DNA from: an uncultured delta proteobacterium
GTDB taxonomy: Bacteria > Myxococcota_A > Polyangia > Polyangiales > Polyangiaceae
Assembly (NCBI GenBank): GCA_963826085.1
Contig: CAWGVN010000001.1
Coordinates: 44,962 to 76,961 of the forward strand
DNA length: 32,000 bases
Direction of reading: 5' to 3'
Shown here: positions 7,343 through 15,090 of the stretch, piece after piece
How positions within the stretch are numbered: the first letter of the stretch is position 1
Layout of the letters: each line of letters starts with the position of its first letter
Translations under genes and position numbers: made by a program
The notes under the pieces: generated by a model
What the model saw: the letters and a program-made list of their open reading frames with translations, nothing else
Told to the model about the DNA's origin: nothing
The model's database searches: none

Positions 7343-8827
7343 TCAACGCGCCTCGCACGCCGCTGGATCCGCCGCCGATTCGTCCGCGGCTTCGGAGCCG
7401 TGGGCGTCGGGGGGCGGCGGCGTGGGCTCCAGCCCTGCGATGCGCTTCAGGTCTCCCCTGAGCTCGTTGTCCGAGCGCGTCTCCGCCACGGCGAAGGCGG
7501 CGAGCAGCTCGGACACGTCGCTCCGGCGGGGAGCAAACCGGGGCGGCGCGCTCTCGACCTGCTCGACGCCGGGGACGCGGGGCGGCGGCGTGGGCTCCGG
7601 TGGCGGAGGAGCCGGCTCGGGGTCCGCTTCGGCTCCGCGGACAACGACCACGGAGGGCCGCCAGCTGGATGCGACGCTGGGTGGATTGGCAGAAGGTGCG
7701 GTGGCAAATGGCTCGCCGGCACGACAGACCGCCGGCTCCGCGCTCGGCTCCACGTCGATCCACTCGATGTCCTCGTCGTCCAGCTCCTCCAGCAGTTCAT
7801 TCTTCTGCACCAGCTCGGCCGTCCCGGCCACGCCGGCCGCGACTTTGACCAGCGGGATGGCGCACGTCGGCTCGGGATCGAGCTCGAGCGGTCGCGTCTC
7901 CTCGGCGTCGAACACGGGCGGCGCGCGATCGGTCCGGTCAGAGTCGACCGCATCGCCCTGGCCCTGCACGATGTGCGGATCGCAGAGCGTGCCGATCGTC
8001 GGCGTGCGGAGCGCAGCAGCTTCCGCGGGGGGCGCTTCGACCTCGATCGCGAGATCCGTTGCATTCGCCGCCGGCTCCAGCGCGACTTCCATCACCGGTG
8101 GCGACAGCTCCAGTACGACCTCCGGCCTGGGAGCGCGCGCGCGCGCCACGACGGGTTCAGGAGCGGTCTCGTCTTCGCGGCGCTCCGACGGCACCTCTCG
8201 CGCCCCGGACCGGAGCTCGGCCTCGGGAGGCTCGGGACTTCCCTGGAGCACGGCGAGCGGCACGCTCCACTCCTGCGGCTCGGGATCCGGCGCGGCCGGC
8301 GCGGGCGCCGCCACCGGCTCGAGGCGCGGCGGCGGCTGCTCTGGAGCAGGCTCGTGCTGCTGCGGGTCGCCGGGCGCCATGGCTTCGAACGCGGCCACGT
8401 CGACCCGCCCCGACTCGATGGCGCGTGCCGTCTCGCGGTGCAGCCGCGACAGCGCGCGCCGCGCCGCTGCGCGGTTGACCGGGATCAGAGCCGTTTCCAG
8501 CTCGCGGATCAGGGCGTCGACACCCGCGCCCGCCGCACGCTGGGTGGAACGGAAGAGCGCCGGCGTCGCCGAGCTCGCCACCTGCATCAGCTGGCTGAGC
8601 AGCCCGCGCAGCGCGCGCTCGGCGGCATCCGAAGCGCACGCCGTTCCCGCCCCGACGAGTCGCACCGAGCCGTCATCCGCAAGCATCACGTCCGTCGCGC
8701 ACATCTGCCGCGGCGCGCCCGCGCTCTGATCGGCAGCTCCCAGCACCAGGTAGCCCGCAAGCTCGGCAACCAGCGGCGCGCGCCGCGCCTGGGCTGCGGC
8801 CATCACCTCCAACAGCGTGACGCTCAT
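7343..8827 (-). CDS. Hypothetical protein: small N-terminal globular domain (possible kinase-core remnant) and a long acidic, proline-rich disordered region
   Basis: ATG at 8827-8825 (MSVTLLEVMAAAQ). The longer track ORF to 9028 would overlap hisF. The C-terminal ~340 aa are rich in P/E/A (PEPQEW, EPAPPPPEPTPPPRVPG, EPTPPPPDAHG). GC3 is high throughout this frame. Confidence 0.65.
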   Translation of the reverse strand: MSVTLLEVMAAAQARRAPLVAELAGYLVLGAADQSAGAPRQMCATDVMLADDGSVRLVGAGTACASDAAERALRGLLSQLMQVASSATPALFRSTQRAAGAGVDALIRELETALIPVNRAAARRALSRLHRETARAIESGRVDVAAFEAMAPGDPQQHEPAPEQPPPRLEPVAAPAPAAPDPEPQEWSVPLAVLQGSPEPPEAELRSGAREVPSERREDETAPEPVVARARAPRPEVVLELSPPVMEVALEPAANATDLAIEVEAPPAEAAALRTPTIGTLCDPHIVQGQGDAVDSDRTDRAPPVFDAEETRPLELDPEPTCAIPLVKVAAGVAGTAELVQKNELLEELDDEDIEWIDVEPSAEPAVCRAGEPFATAPSANPPSVASSWRPSVVVVRGAEADPEPAPPPPEPTPPPRVPGVEQVESAPPRFAPRRSDVSELLAAFAVAETRSDNELRGDLKRIAGLEPTPPPPDAHGSEAADESAADPAACEAR

Positions 8828-8867
8828 GCGTTGCCTCCAAACATGCAGCCCGTGGCGGCCGGTCGCG

Positions 8868-9641
8868 TCATGCCGCTTTCTCCGCGCCGCGCACCAACAC
8901 GCCGGCCGCCCGCAGATATCGCTTGGCGTCGCCGATCGTGTACGTTCCGTCGTGGAAGATGGACGCCGCCAACGCCGCGTCCGCACCACCCTCGCACAGT
9001 CCCTGCTTGAGATGCTCGAGCGCGCCAACGCCGCCCGACGCGATCACGGGGACGGGCACCGCGTCCACGACCGCCCTGAGCAGCTCGAGATCGTAGCCCG
9101 AGAGCGTACCGTCCCGATCCATGCTGGTGAGCAGGATCTCGCCTGCGCCCAGGGCTGCCACGCGCTCGCACCACTCGACCGCATCGAGCCCCGTGGCGCG
9201 GCGCCCGCCGTGGGTGAACACCTCCCAACCGCCTTCCATCCTGCGCTTGGCGTCCACCGCCACGACCAGTGCCTGCGAGCCCCAGGCTCCGGCAACAGCA
9301 GCGATGAGGTCGGGATCGGCGACGGCAGCCGTGTTGACGCTCACCTTGTCGGCTCCCGCGTGGAGCAGCGCCCGCACGTCGGCCGGCGAGCGCACGCCGC
9401 CCCCCACGGTGAGCGGGGTGAACACCACGTCGGCGGTGCGCCGCACGACGTCCAGGAGCGCCCCACGAGCTTCGTGCGAAGCCGTGATGTCGAGAAACGT
9501 GATCTCGTCGGCACCGTCGGCGTCGTAGCGACGAGCCACCTCGACGGGGTCCCCGGCGTCGCGGATATCGACGAAGTTGACGCCCTTGACCACACGCCCG
9601 TCTCTCACGTCCAGACACGGGATGATGCGCTTAGCCAGCAT
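8868..9641 (-). CDS. hisF: Imidazole glycerol phosphate synthase, cyclase subunit HisF
   Basis: Full-length collinear match to HisF hallmarks: [78 protein letters not shown]. Confidence 0.95.
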   Translation of the reverse strand: MLAKRIIPCLDVRDGRVVKGVNFVDIRDAGDPVEVARRYDADGADEITFLDITASHEARGALLDVVRRTADVVFTPLTVGGGVRSPADVRALLHAGADKVSVNTAAVADPDLIAAVAGAWGSQALVVAVDAKRRMEGGWEVFTHGGRRATGLDAVEWCERVAALGAGEILLTSMDRDGTLSGYDLELLRAVVDAVPVPVIASGGVGALEHLKQGLCEGGADAALAASIFHDGTYTIGDAKRYLRAAGVLVRGAEKAA

Positions 9642-9780
9642 GCCCTTGTCCTTTCCTCATATCGGAGGGTCGGTCCACTGGACAAAGACCTTGCAGCCCG
9701 CGGCGGCCGGCGAGCCGGAGCGCAAATTCGGGGGTCCGGAGGCCCAGCAAGACCGGCCGAGCGGAGGTATAGTGGCCGCG

Positions 9781-11736
9781 ATGGCATTCTGCCCGCGCTG
9801 CGGAACGGAGAATCCGCCCGCGCAAGCGGCATGCTCCGCGTGTGGCAGCCCGCTGCCGGGCGGCGTGCCGGCAGCGCCGACTCCCGCCGCACCCGCGGGA
9901 GCGAACCCGATGAAGACGATGCTCGGGATGGGAGCCGTCGGGGCGCCGGCCGCGCCGGCGAGCGGCGTGTCGCCCACATGGCCCGACGGGCCCCCCGCAC
10001 AGCCGGCGTCGGGCGGGACGGCGCCCACGTGGCCGGGCGAATCGCCGCCAGCCCAGGCCCCGGCGCAGGCGGCCGGCCAGCACAAGACCATGCTCGGCAT
10101 GGGCGCCGTGCCCGCTCCGGGCGGAGCCCCGCCCGCAGTGCCCGCGGCCAGCCCTGCGCAGGGCCAACCGGCGGGCGGGCTGCAACGCACCATGCTCGGC
10201 ATCGCGCCTCTGGCGCCGCCGGCGGCTGGCGCCGGCGCTCCATCCGCACCCAGCGCGCCGGCTGCCGGCGCCCAGCACAAAACCATGCTCGGCATCGCAC
10301 CGGGACAGCCCGGCCAGCCGCCGACGGCCGCGCATCCCCCGGCGTCGGCCGCGCCCGGTTCGAGTGCGCTGCCTTCGCAGCAGAAGACGATGCTCGGCAT
10401 CGCGCATCCCGGCATCGCACCGCTTGCCCCGACCGCGCCCAAGTCGGCACCCGCCGCGGCGCCACAGTGGACTCCGCCGCCGCCGCAGCCTGCCATGCCC
10501 ACGGCAGAAGACCTCTCGGTTCTTCCGGGACGGCAGCGGCGGCGTGTCCCGGTGGTCGCGCTGCTGGCGATAGCTGGGTTCGTTGTGCTGCTGGTCGGCG
10601 TGGTGGTGATCGCCGTGCTCTGGAAGGGCAGCGGACCCGTGTCGGCCAAGGTCTCGCTCGATGCCCAGAACCACGAGCAGCTCGAGCTCGGCTGCAAGGA
10701 GTGTCCGGACGGTACCCAGGCGGCGCTCGGCAAGGCGAGTACCACCTTCAAGAGCGGTCACGCGGTCCTGCCCGTGGATCGCCCGCTGAAACTCGGCGAC
10801 AACGATCTGCAGATTGCGCTCACGAAGCCCGGACAGACGCGTGCCTCCACCGTGGATCTCACCGTCCCGGTCGACTACCGCGTGCGCGGCGATCTCTCGC
10901 AGCTGTCGAAAAGCCCGCCCGCGCTCAGGGTGATCGTGCAGGCCACGAAAGGCTCGGTGGTGAGCGTCGACGGGAAGCCGCTGGCGCTCGCTCAGGACGG
11001 CACCGCCCACTGCGACATCGACGTGTCCAAGCAGCTGTCCGGCGCGGCCTCCGGCGTGCTTCCGCTGGAGCGCAAGGTTGCCTACAGCGTCAAGGCTTCC
11101 GGCGAAAAGCAGGCCGACACGGGCGAGGTCAAATTCCAGCTCGGAATCGTGCCGCTCGTGATCGATGCGCCGGGTTCGCGCATCATAACAGATGCTCGAA
11201 CTTTCATGCTTGCCGGCCACACCGAGAAGGGTGGCTCGGTCAGTGTCGGCGGTCGGCAGATCACGGTCGACGCGCAGGGGAGCTTTGCCCAGCTGATGAA
11301 CGTCTCGGCAGTGGGGCAGACGACGATCAACGTCCGCGCATCCGCCAAGGACCGCGCGCCGCGGCTGTTCCCTCTGCAGGTCAAGCGGGTGGACAGCCTG
11401 GCCAAAGAGGCGGCGACGTTCGAGAAGCAGGCCACCCAGAGCTACGCCGGCATCTCGAGCGACATCGACACGAAAAAGGGCTGGGCGGTCGTGCTCCCGG
11501 GCAAGGTCGTCGAGTCACGCGTGGACCATCACAAGAGCTACGTACTGTTCGACGTGTCCGCGGGGTGCCAGCGTGCGCCGTGCCTGGCGCGGCTGGTCTC
11601 TGGCGAAGCCGAGAAGCTCGCCAAGGGCGACAAGATCACCGCCTACGGACACATCACCCGCGGCGTGGACGGACCGCGGCGGGGCACGACGATTCCCGAG
11701 GTGGACGTCGATTTCCTGATGAAGGGGCCGCGGTGA
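9781..11736 (+). CDS. Zinc-ribbon membrane protein with KTMLG-motif repeats, one TM helix and a beta-rich extracytoplasmic domain
   Basis: ATG 9781 within track ORF 9577..11736. N-terminus MAFCPRCGTENPPAQAACSACG (CxxC...CxxC zinc ribbon). A Pro/Ala-rich cytoplasmic linker carries five (K/R)TMLG(M/I) motifs. Then RQRRR and a TM helix VPVVALLAIAGFVVLLVGVVVIAVLW, followed by a ~370-aa beta-rich domain. Confidence 0.8.
   Translation: MAFCPRCGTENPPAQAACSACGSPLPGGVPAAPTPAAPAGANPMKTMLGMGAVGAPAAPASGVSPTWPDGPPAQPASGGTAPTWPGESPPAQAPAQAAGQHKTMLGMGAVPAPGGAPPAVPAASPAQGQPAGGLQRTMLGIAPLAPPAAGAGAPSAPSAPAAGAQHKTMLGIAPGQPGQPPTAAHPPASAAPGSSALPSQQKTMLGIAHPGIAPLAPTAPKSAPAAAPQWTPPPPQPAMPTAEDLSVLPGRQRRRVPVVALLAIAGFVVLLVGVVVIAVLWKGSGPVSAKVSLDAQNHEQLELGCKECPDGTQAALGKASTTFKSGHAVLPVDRPLKLGDNDLQIALTKPGQTRASTVDLTVPVDYRVRGDLSQLSKSPPALRVIVQATKGSVVSVDGKPLALAQDGTAHCDIDVSKQLSGAASGVLPLERKVAYSVKASGEKQADTGEVKFQLGIVPLVIDAPGSRIITDARTFMLAGHTEKGGSVSVGGRQITVDAQGSFAQLMNVSAVGQTTINVRASAKDRAPRLFPLQVKRVDSLAKEAATFEKQATQSYAGISSDIDTKKGWAVVLPGKVVESRVDHHKSYVLFDVSAGCQRAPCLARLVSGEAEKLAKGDKITAYGHITRGVDGPRRGTTIPEVDVDFLMKGPR
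9913..10401 (+). repeat. Five dispersed copies of a coding short linear motif (K/R)TMLG(M/I)
   Basis: Copies begin near 9913, 10083, 10186, 10279 and 10384, with shared nucleotide core ac(g/c)atgctcgg(g/c)at. A pair of (S/A)PTWP(D/G) motifs lies between copies 1 and 2. Confidence 0.8.
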
Positions 11737-13865
11737 GCGAGTCTGTCGCGGAGCTGATGATCTGTCCGGCCTGCCGGGCCCGGAACCTCGGCGACGCGCG
11801 CTTCTGCAGCCAGTGCGGGATCCGTCTGGAAACCGGCCCGCTCGACGACGCGGCGCCGGAGTCGCAGGGCGGAGTCGACAGCATGATCAGCCTGGTCGGC
11901 GCCGCCACGCTTGTCGGCGATACGCCGAGCGAAGACGGCACGCGCATGGCCGACCCGCTGATCGGCGTGGTGATCGCCGATCGGTATCGCATCATCGAGC
12001 CGCTGGGCCGCGGCGGCATGGGCGTCGTCTACAAGGTCGAGCACGCACGCATCGGCAAGCTGATGGCGCTCAAGATCCTCACCGGCGAGCTCAGCCGCAA
12101 CGAGGAGCTCGTCGCGCGTTTCAAGCGTGAAGCGCTGATGGCGAGCAAGCTCTCGCACCCCAACACCGTCCAGGTCTTCGACTTCGGAAGCTCGGAGGGC
12201 ATGACCTACCTCGCGATGGAGCTCCTGCGCGGCAACGACCTGGGCCGCATCGTCCGTCGTACGGGGCCGCTCGGGGCCGCGCGAACGTCGCGCATCGTGA
12301 TCCAGATCTGCAGCTCTCTGGCCGAAGCGCACGACCACGACATCGTGCACCGCGATCTGAAACCGGAGAACATCATCATCGTCAGGGGTCAGGCGGGCGA
12401 CGATGTGGTCAAGGTCCTCGACTTCGGTCTGGCAAAGCTCCGTGAATCCAAGGAGCTCGGTGAGGTCACCACGCGCGGCGCGATCGTGGGCACTCCCTTC
12501 TACATGTCGCCCGAGCAGATCCGGGGCGAGGCCGTGGACCCGCGCAGCGACGTTTATTCGCTGGGGGCCTTGATGTACACCTGCCTGACGGCCCAGCCGG
12601 TGTTCGATTCGGCCACGCCGATGGGCATCCTGACCAAGCATCTGACCGAAGCACCTGAAGCGCCGACCCATCGCTTCCCGGCCCTCGGCATCCCGCCGGC
12701 GCTCAGCTCGATAGTGCTCAAGGCGCTGCAGAAGGATCCCGAGCGCCGCTACCAGAGCGTGCGTGATCTGCAGCAGGCACTGGTCGACGAGCTTCGCGGC
12801 GCCGGGCAGAGCAGCGTGGATCTCCTGCTCGACTCGAAACAGATGCGGGAGCTCGCCAGCGCCGACGAGGAAGCAGCGACGCGCGGCGAGATCGAACGCT
12901 ACGAGCGGAGGCTCAAGCGCCGTGGCCAGTACGCGATGGGGGTGTTCGGGCTGGTCATCGTAGGGCTCGGGTTCGGCGGCTACCGGATATGGACTGCGAC
13001 GAGCAACTCCCACGAGTTCTCGGGCACGGAGGTCGAGCCGAACAACTCGCCCGGCACCGCGACGCCGCTACCGTTCGGCAGCGAGGTGCGCGGACAGATC
13101 GGACGGCGGATCGACCGCAACCAGAGCGACCGCGACTTCTACCGCGTGACCGTGCCGTCTGGCACCCAGGCCGTCAGCCTCGAGACGACGGCGCTGCCCA
13201 ACATGGCGCTGTGCACGTTGGTCTACCGGGTCGGCCTCGACACTCCGCTCGGGCGCTATTGCCCGGGCACGCCCGGCCAGGACCTCCGGGTGGACTCGCT
13301 GGAGCTGGATTCGGGAGACTACCTGCTGGCCGTGATGCAGGATCGCGAGCGCTACGCCGAAGAGCCAGCGCCGCCGGTGCTCGAGAACATCTCGGACGTG
13401 TACCGCCTCCAGCTGTCCCCGGCGAAGACGCGCGCGGGCGAGGAGGTCGAACCCAACGATGCGGCCCGCGACGCCAACACGATCAAGCGCGGGCAGTCGC
13501 TTCGCGGCCAGTTCGCGTGGATGCACGACGTGGACTTCGTGTGCGCTGCCCCTGGAAGCGGCGGCGTGCGTTTCGTGGTGGAAGACGCCGTGAACGCGCC
13601 GAGACCCGAGCACGCGGTGCTGCAGATCACGCCCGTCGGCGGCCCGGATGACGGCATTCCGGTGCGCGTGCACGGCAAGGACACGAACTTCACGGCGTCC
13701 GCGCGCGACGTGAAGAGCCCATGGCACGGACCGCAAACGCCGCTCGGCAAGAGCCCGGGCAGCGCCTGCCTCAAGCTCGAGCTCGTGCCCAATCCGTGGG
13801 CACCCACGCCGCATCCGCGAGTCGCACCGGCCGGCAGCGAGGAGTACCTCGTCCATGCGGAGTAG
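11733..13865 (+). CDS. Ser/Thr protein kinase: N-terminal zinc ribbon, Hanks-type kinase domain, one TM helix, extracytoplasmic PPC-like domains
   Basis: The GTG at 11733 overlaps the upstream stop (GTGA); an alternative ATG lies at 11757. Zinc ribbon: MICPACRARNLGDARFCSQCG. Kinase motifs: LGRGGMGVVYKV, MALKIL, HRDLKPENIII, DFGLAK, GTPFYMSPEQ. TM helix: YAMGVFGLVIVGLGFGGYRIW. The ectodomain has two modules opening EVEPNNSPGTATPL and EEVEPNDAARDANTI, plus DRDFYRV and GDYLLAVMQ. The upstream 972 codons of track ORF 8817..13865 are an open-frame artefact. Confidence 0.9.
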   Translation: MSESVAELMICPACRARNLGDARFCSQCGIRLETGPLDDAAPESQGGVDSMISLVGAATLVGDTPSEDGTRMADPLIGVVIADRYRIIEPLGRGGMGVVYKVEHARIGKLMALKILTGELSRNEELVARFKREALMASKLSHPNTVQVFDFGSSEGMTYLAMELLRGNDLGRIVRRTGPLGAARTSRIVIQICSSLAEAHDHDIVHRDLKPENIIIVRGQAGDDVVKVLDFGLAKLRESKELGEVTTRGAIVGTPFYMSPEQIRGEAVDPRSDVYSLGALMYTCLTAQPVFDSATPMGILTKHLTEAPEAPTHRFPALGIPPALSSIVLKALQKDPERRYQSVRDLQQALVDELRGAGQSSVDLLLDSKQMRELASADEEAATRGEIERYERRLKRRGQYAMGVFGLVIVGLGFGGYRIWTATSNSHEFSGTEVEPNNSPGTATPLPFGSEVRGQIGRRIDRNQSDRDFYRVTVPSGTQAVSLETTALPNMALCTLVYRVGLDTPLGRYCPGTPGQDLRVDSLELDSGDYLLAVMQDRERYAEEPAPPVLENISDVYRLQLSPAKTRAGEEVEPNDAARDANTIKRGQSLRGQFAWMHDVDFVCAAPGSGGVRFVVEDAVNAPRPEHAVLQITPVGGPDDGIPVRVHGKDTNFTASARDVKSPWHGPQTPLGKSPGSACLKLELVPNPWAPTPHPRVAPAGSEEYLVHAE

Positions 13866-15090
13866 CCGCTACATGCGCGGTGCGCTGGCCGCGTGCGGGC
13901 TCGTTGCAGCCGCGGCGTGGGCGCGGGCGCAGCCACTGGATCCGACGTTGCCCCAGCAGCGCGTGCTGGGCCTTCCCGCTGCGCCGGCCGCGATGACGCG
14001 CCTCGATCCCGGCCGCACCGGACTCTGCAGGGACCCGCTTCCTACGGCTCCACGCGTGCTGTGGCGCGCGCGCGCGCAGGGAGGCATCGGGCACGCGGTG
14101 CGCGTCGACCGGACTGGCGCGATCGTGATCTCGAGCTCGATTGCGCAGATGGTACAGATCGATCCCCGCGGCAAATCCGCCTGGACGGTGCGTACCGGCA
14201 GCGGCGCTCCGCTCACCTCGCCCGTCATTACCAGCGACGGCACCCGCGTCGTGATTGTCCCGGGTCCGGAGCTCCTGGGCATCAACGCGGCGGGACACCA
14301 ACGGTTCAAACGCGCGCTGCCCGCGACCGGACACACTCCGTCGTCGGTGAGCGCGCTGCTTCCGCTGGCCAGCGGAGGGCTGGCTCTCTCGCTCGGCAAC
14401 CGCGTGCTGGAGGTCGGGCCGCGCGGGCGCGTCATCTCCGTCACGGATGCGCCGGAAACGGTGCAGGCGCTCTTGAGTCGCCGGGGGTCGCTGCTCGTCG
14501 TCACGCAGCGAGGCAACGTGTTGTCCTGGCACCCGCCAGGAGAGGCTTCGCGCGTCGGCAGCTTCGGCGGAGAAGTCAACGGTTGGCCCGTGCTGTGCTC
14601 GCCGCGCAGCCTGTGTGCTTCGGTCGACAATCACCGGCTCGTGGAGCTGGATCTGCAGACCGGGACCCGGCACGTACGTCTCGACGACAGCTCGATCCTC
14701 TTGCTGGGCTCGCCTGCGGTCCGGCGCACGCACGACACCCTGACACCCACCGGGGACGGCCTGCTGCTGGGACACGATGCCACCGGGAAGGAAACGCTGC
14801 GCGTCGCGCTGATCCCCGGCAGTGTGTCACCCGACGGTGGCGTAGGAACGTTGGTTCGACGCGCGACGCTCCCGCCCGTGATCGTCGACGGCGCGGGAAC
14901 GATCGGGTTCTCGCGGCCCGGGCTCGACGCCGGCGTCGTGACGTTGACGGGTGACCTGCGCACCGCGCCCGGCACCGCCTGCGCCGACCCCATAGGCGTG
15001 GCACCAGCCGGCCCCCACCGCATGGTCGTCGCCTGCCGCTCCGGCCTGCTGTGGCTGCTGGGCGACCAGGCGAAGCCCCAGCCGCGCTAG
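13855..15090 (+). CDS. Secreted PQQ-like/BamB-like beta-propeller repeat protein
   Basis: The ATG at 13855 overlaps the kinase 3' end by 11 nt. Signal peptide: MRSSRYMRGALAACGLVAAAAWARA/QP. Repeated short strand units of the type G.I..SS.., DG.RVVIV, G.LLVVTQRGNVLSW and GLLWLLG suggest a propeller. This is a pattern-level call only. Confidence 0.6.
   Translation: MRSSRYMRGALAACGLVAAAAWARAQPLDPTLPQQRVLGLPAAPAAMTRLDPGRTGLCRDPLPTAPRVLWRARAQGGIGHAVRVDRTGAIVISSSIAQMVQIDPRGKSAWTVRTGSGAPLTSPVITSDGTRVVIVPGPELLGINAAGHQRFKRALPATGHTPSSVSALLPLASGGLALSLGNRVLEVGPRGRVISVTDAPETVQALLSRRGSLLVVTQRGNVLSWHPPGEASRVGSFGGEVNGWPVLCSPRSLCASVDNHRLVELDLQTGTRHVRLDDSSILLLGSPAVRRTHDTLTPTGDGLLLGHDATGKETLRVALIPGSVSPDGGVGTLVRRATLPPVIVDGAGTIGFSRPGLDAGVVTLTGDLRTAPGTACADPIGVAPAGPHRMVVACRSGLLWLLGDQAKPQPR

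Noticed and set aside
7250-9010. 586-aa and 481-aa + strand ORFs (7250..9010, 7284..8729)
   Set aside because: They are antisense or alternative frames of the Pro-rich protein gene. Their Ser/Arg/Gly-rich low-complexity sequence mirrors the P/E/A-rich sense frame.
8828-9028. Upstream extension of the Pro-rich protein ORF to 9028
   Set aside because: It would overlap the 3' end of hisF by 160 nt and encodes Arg-rich sequence. The ATG at 8827 gives a sensible start 40 nt after the hisF stop.
8817-11732. N-terminal 972 codons of the 1682-aa track ORF that ends as the Ser/Thr kinase
   Set aside because: This part is antisense to hisF and then overlaps the zinc-ribbon gene in another frame. It reads as Arg/Gly/Ala-rich junk. 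The kinase logically begins at its own zinc ribbon (GTG 11733 or ATG 11757).
13855-13900. LAAC in the propeller-protein signal peptide as a lipobox
   Set aside because: The hydrophobic core continues after the Cys and an ARA/Q signal-peptidase-I site follows. A type-I signal peptide is the better fit.
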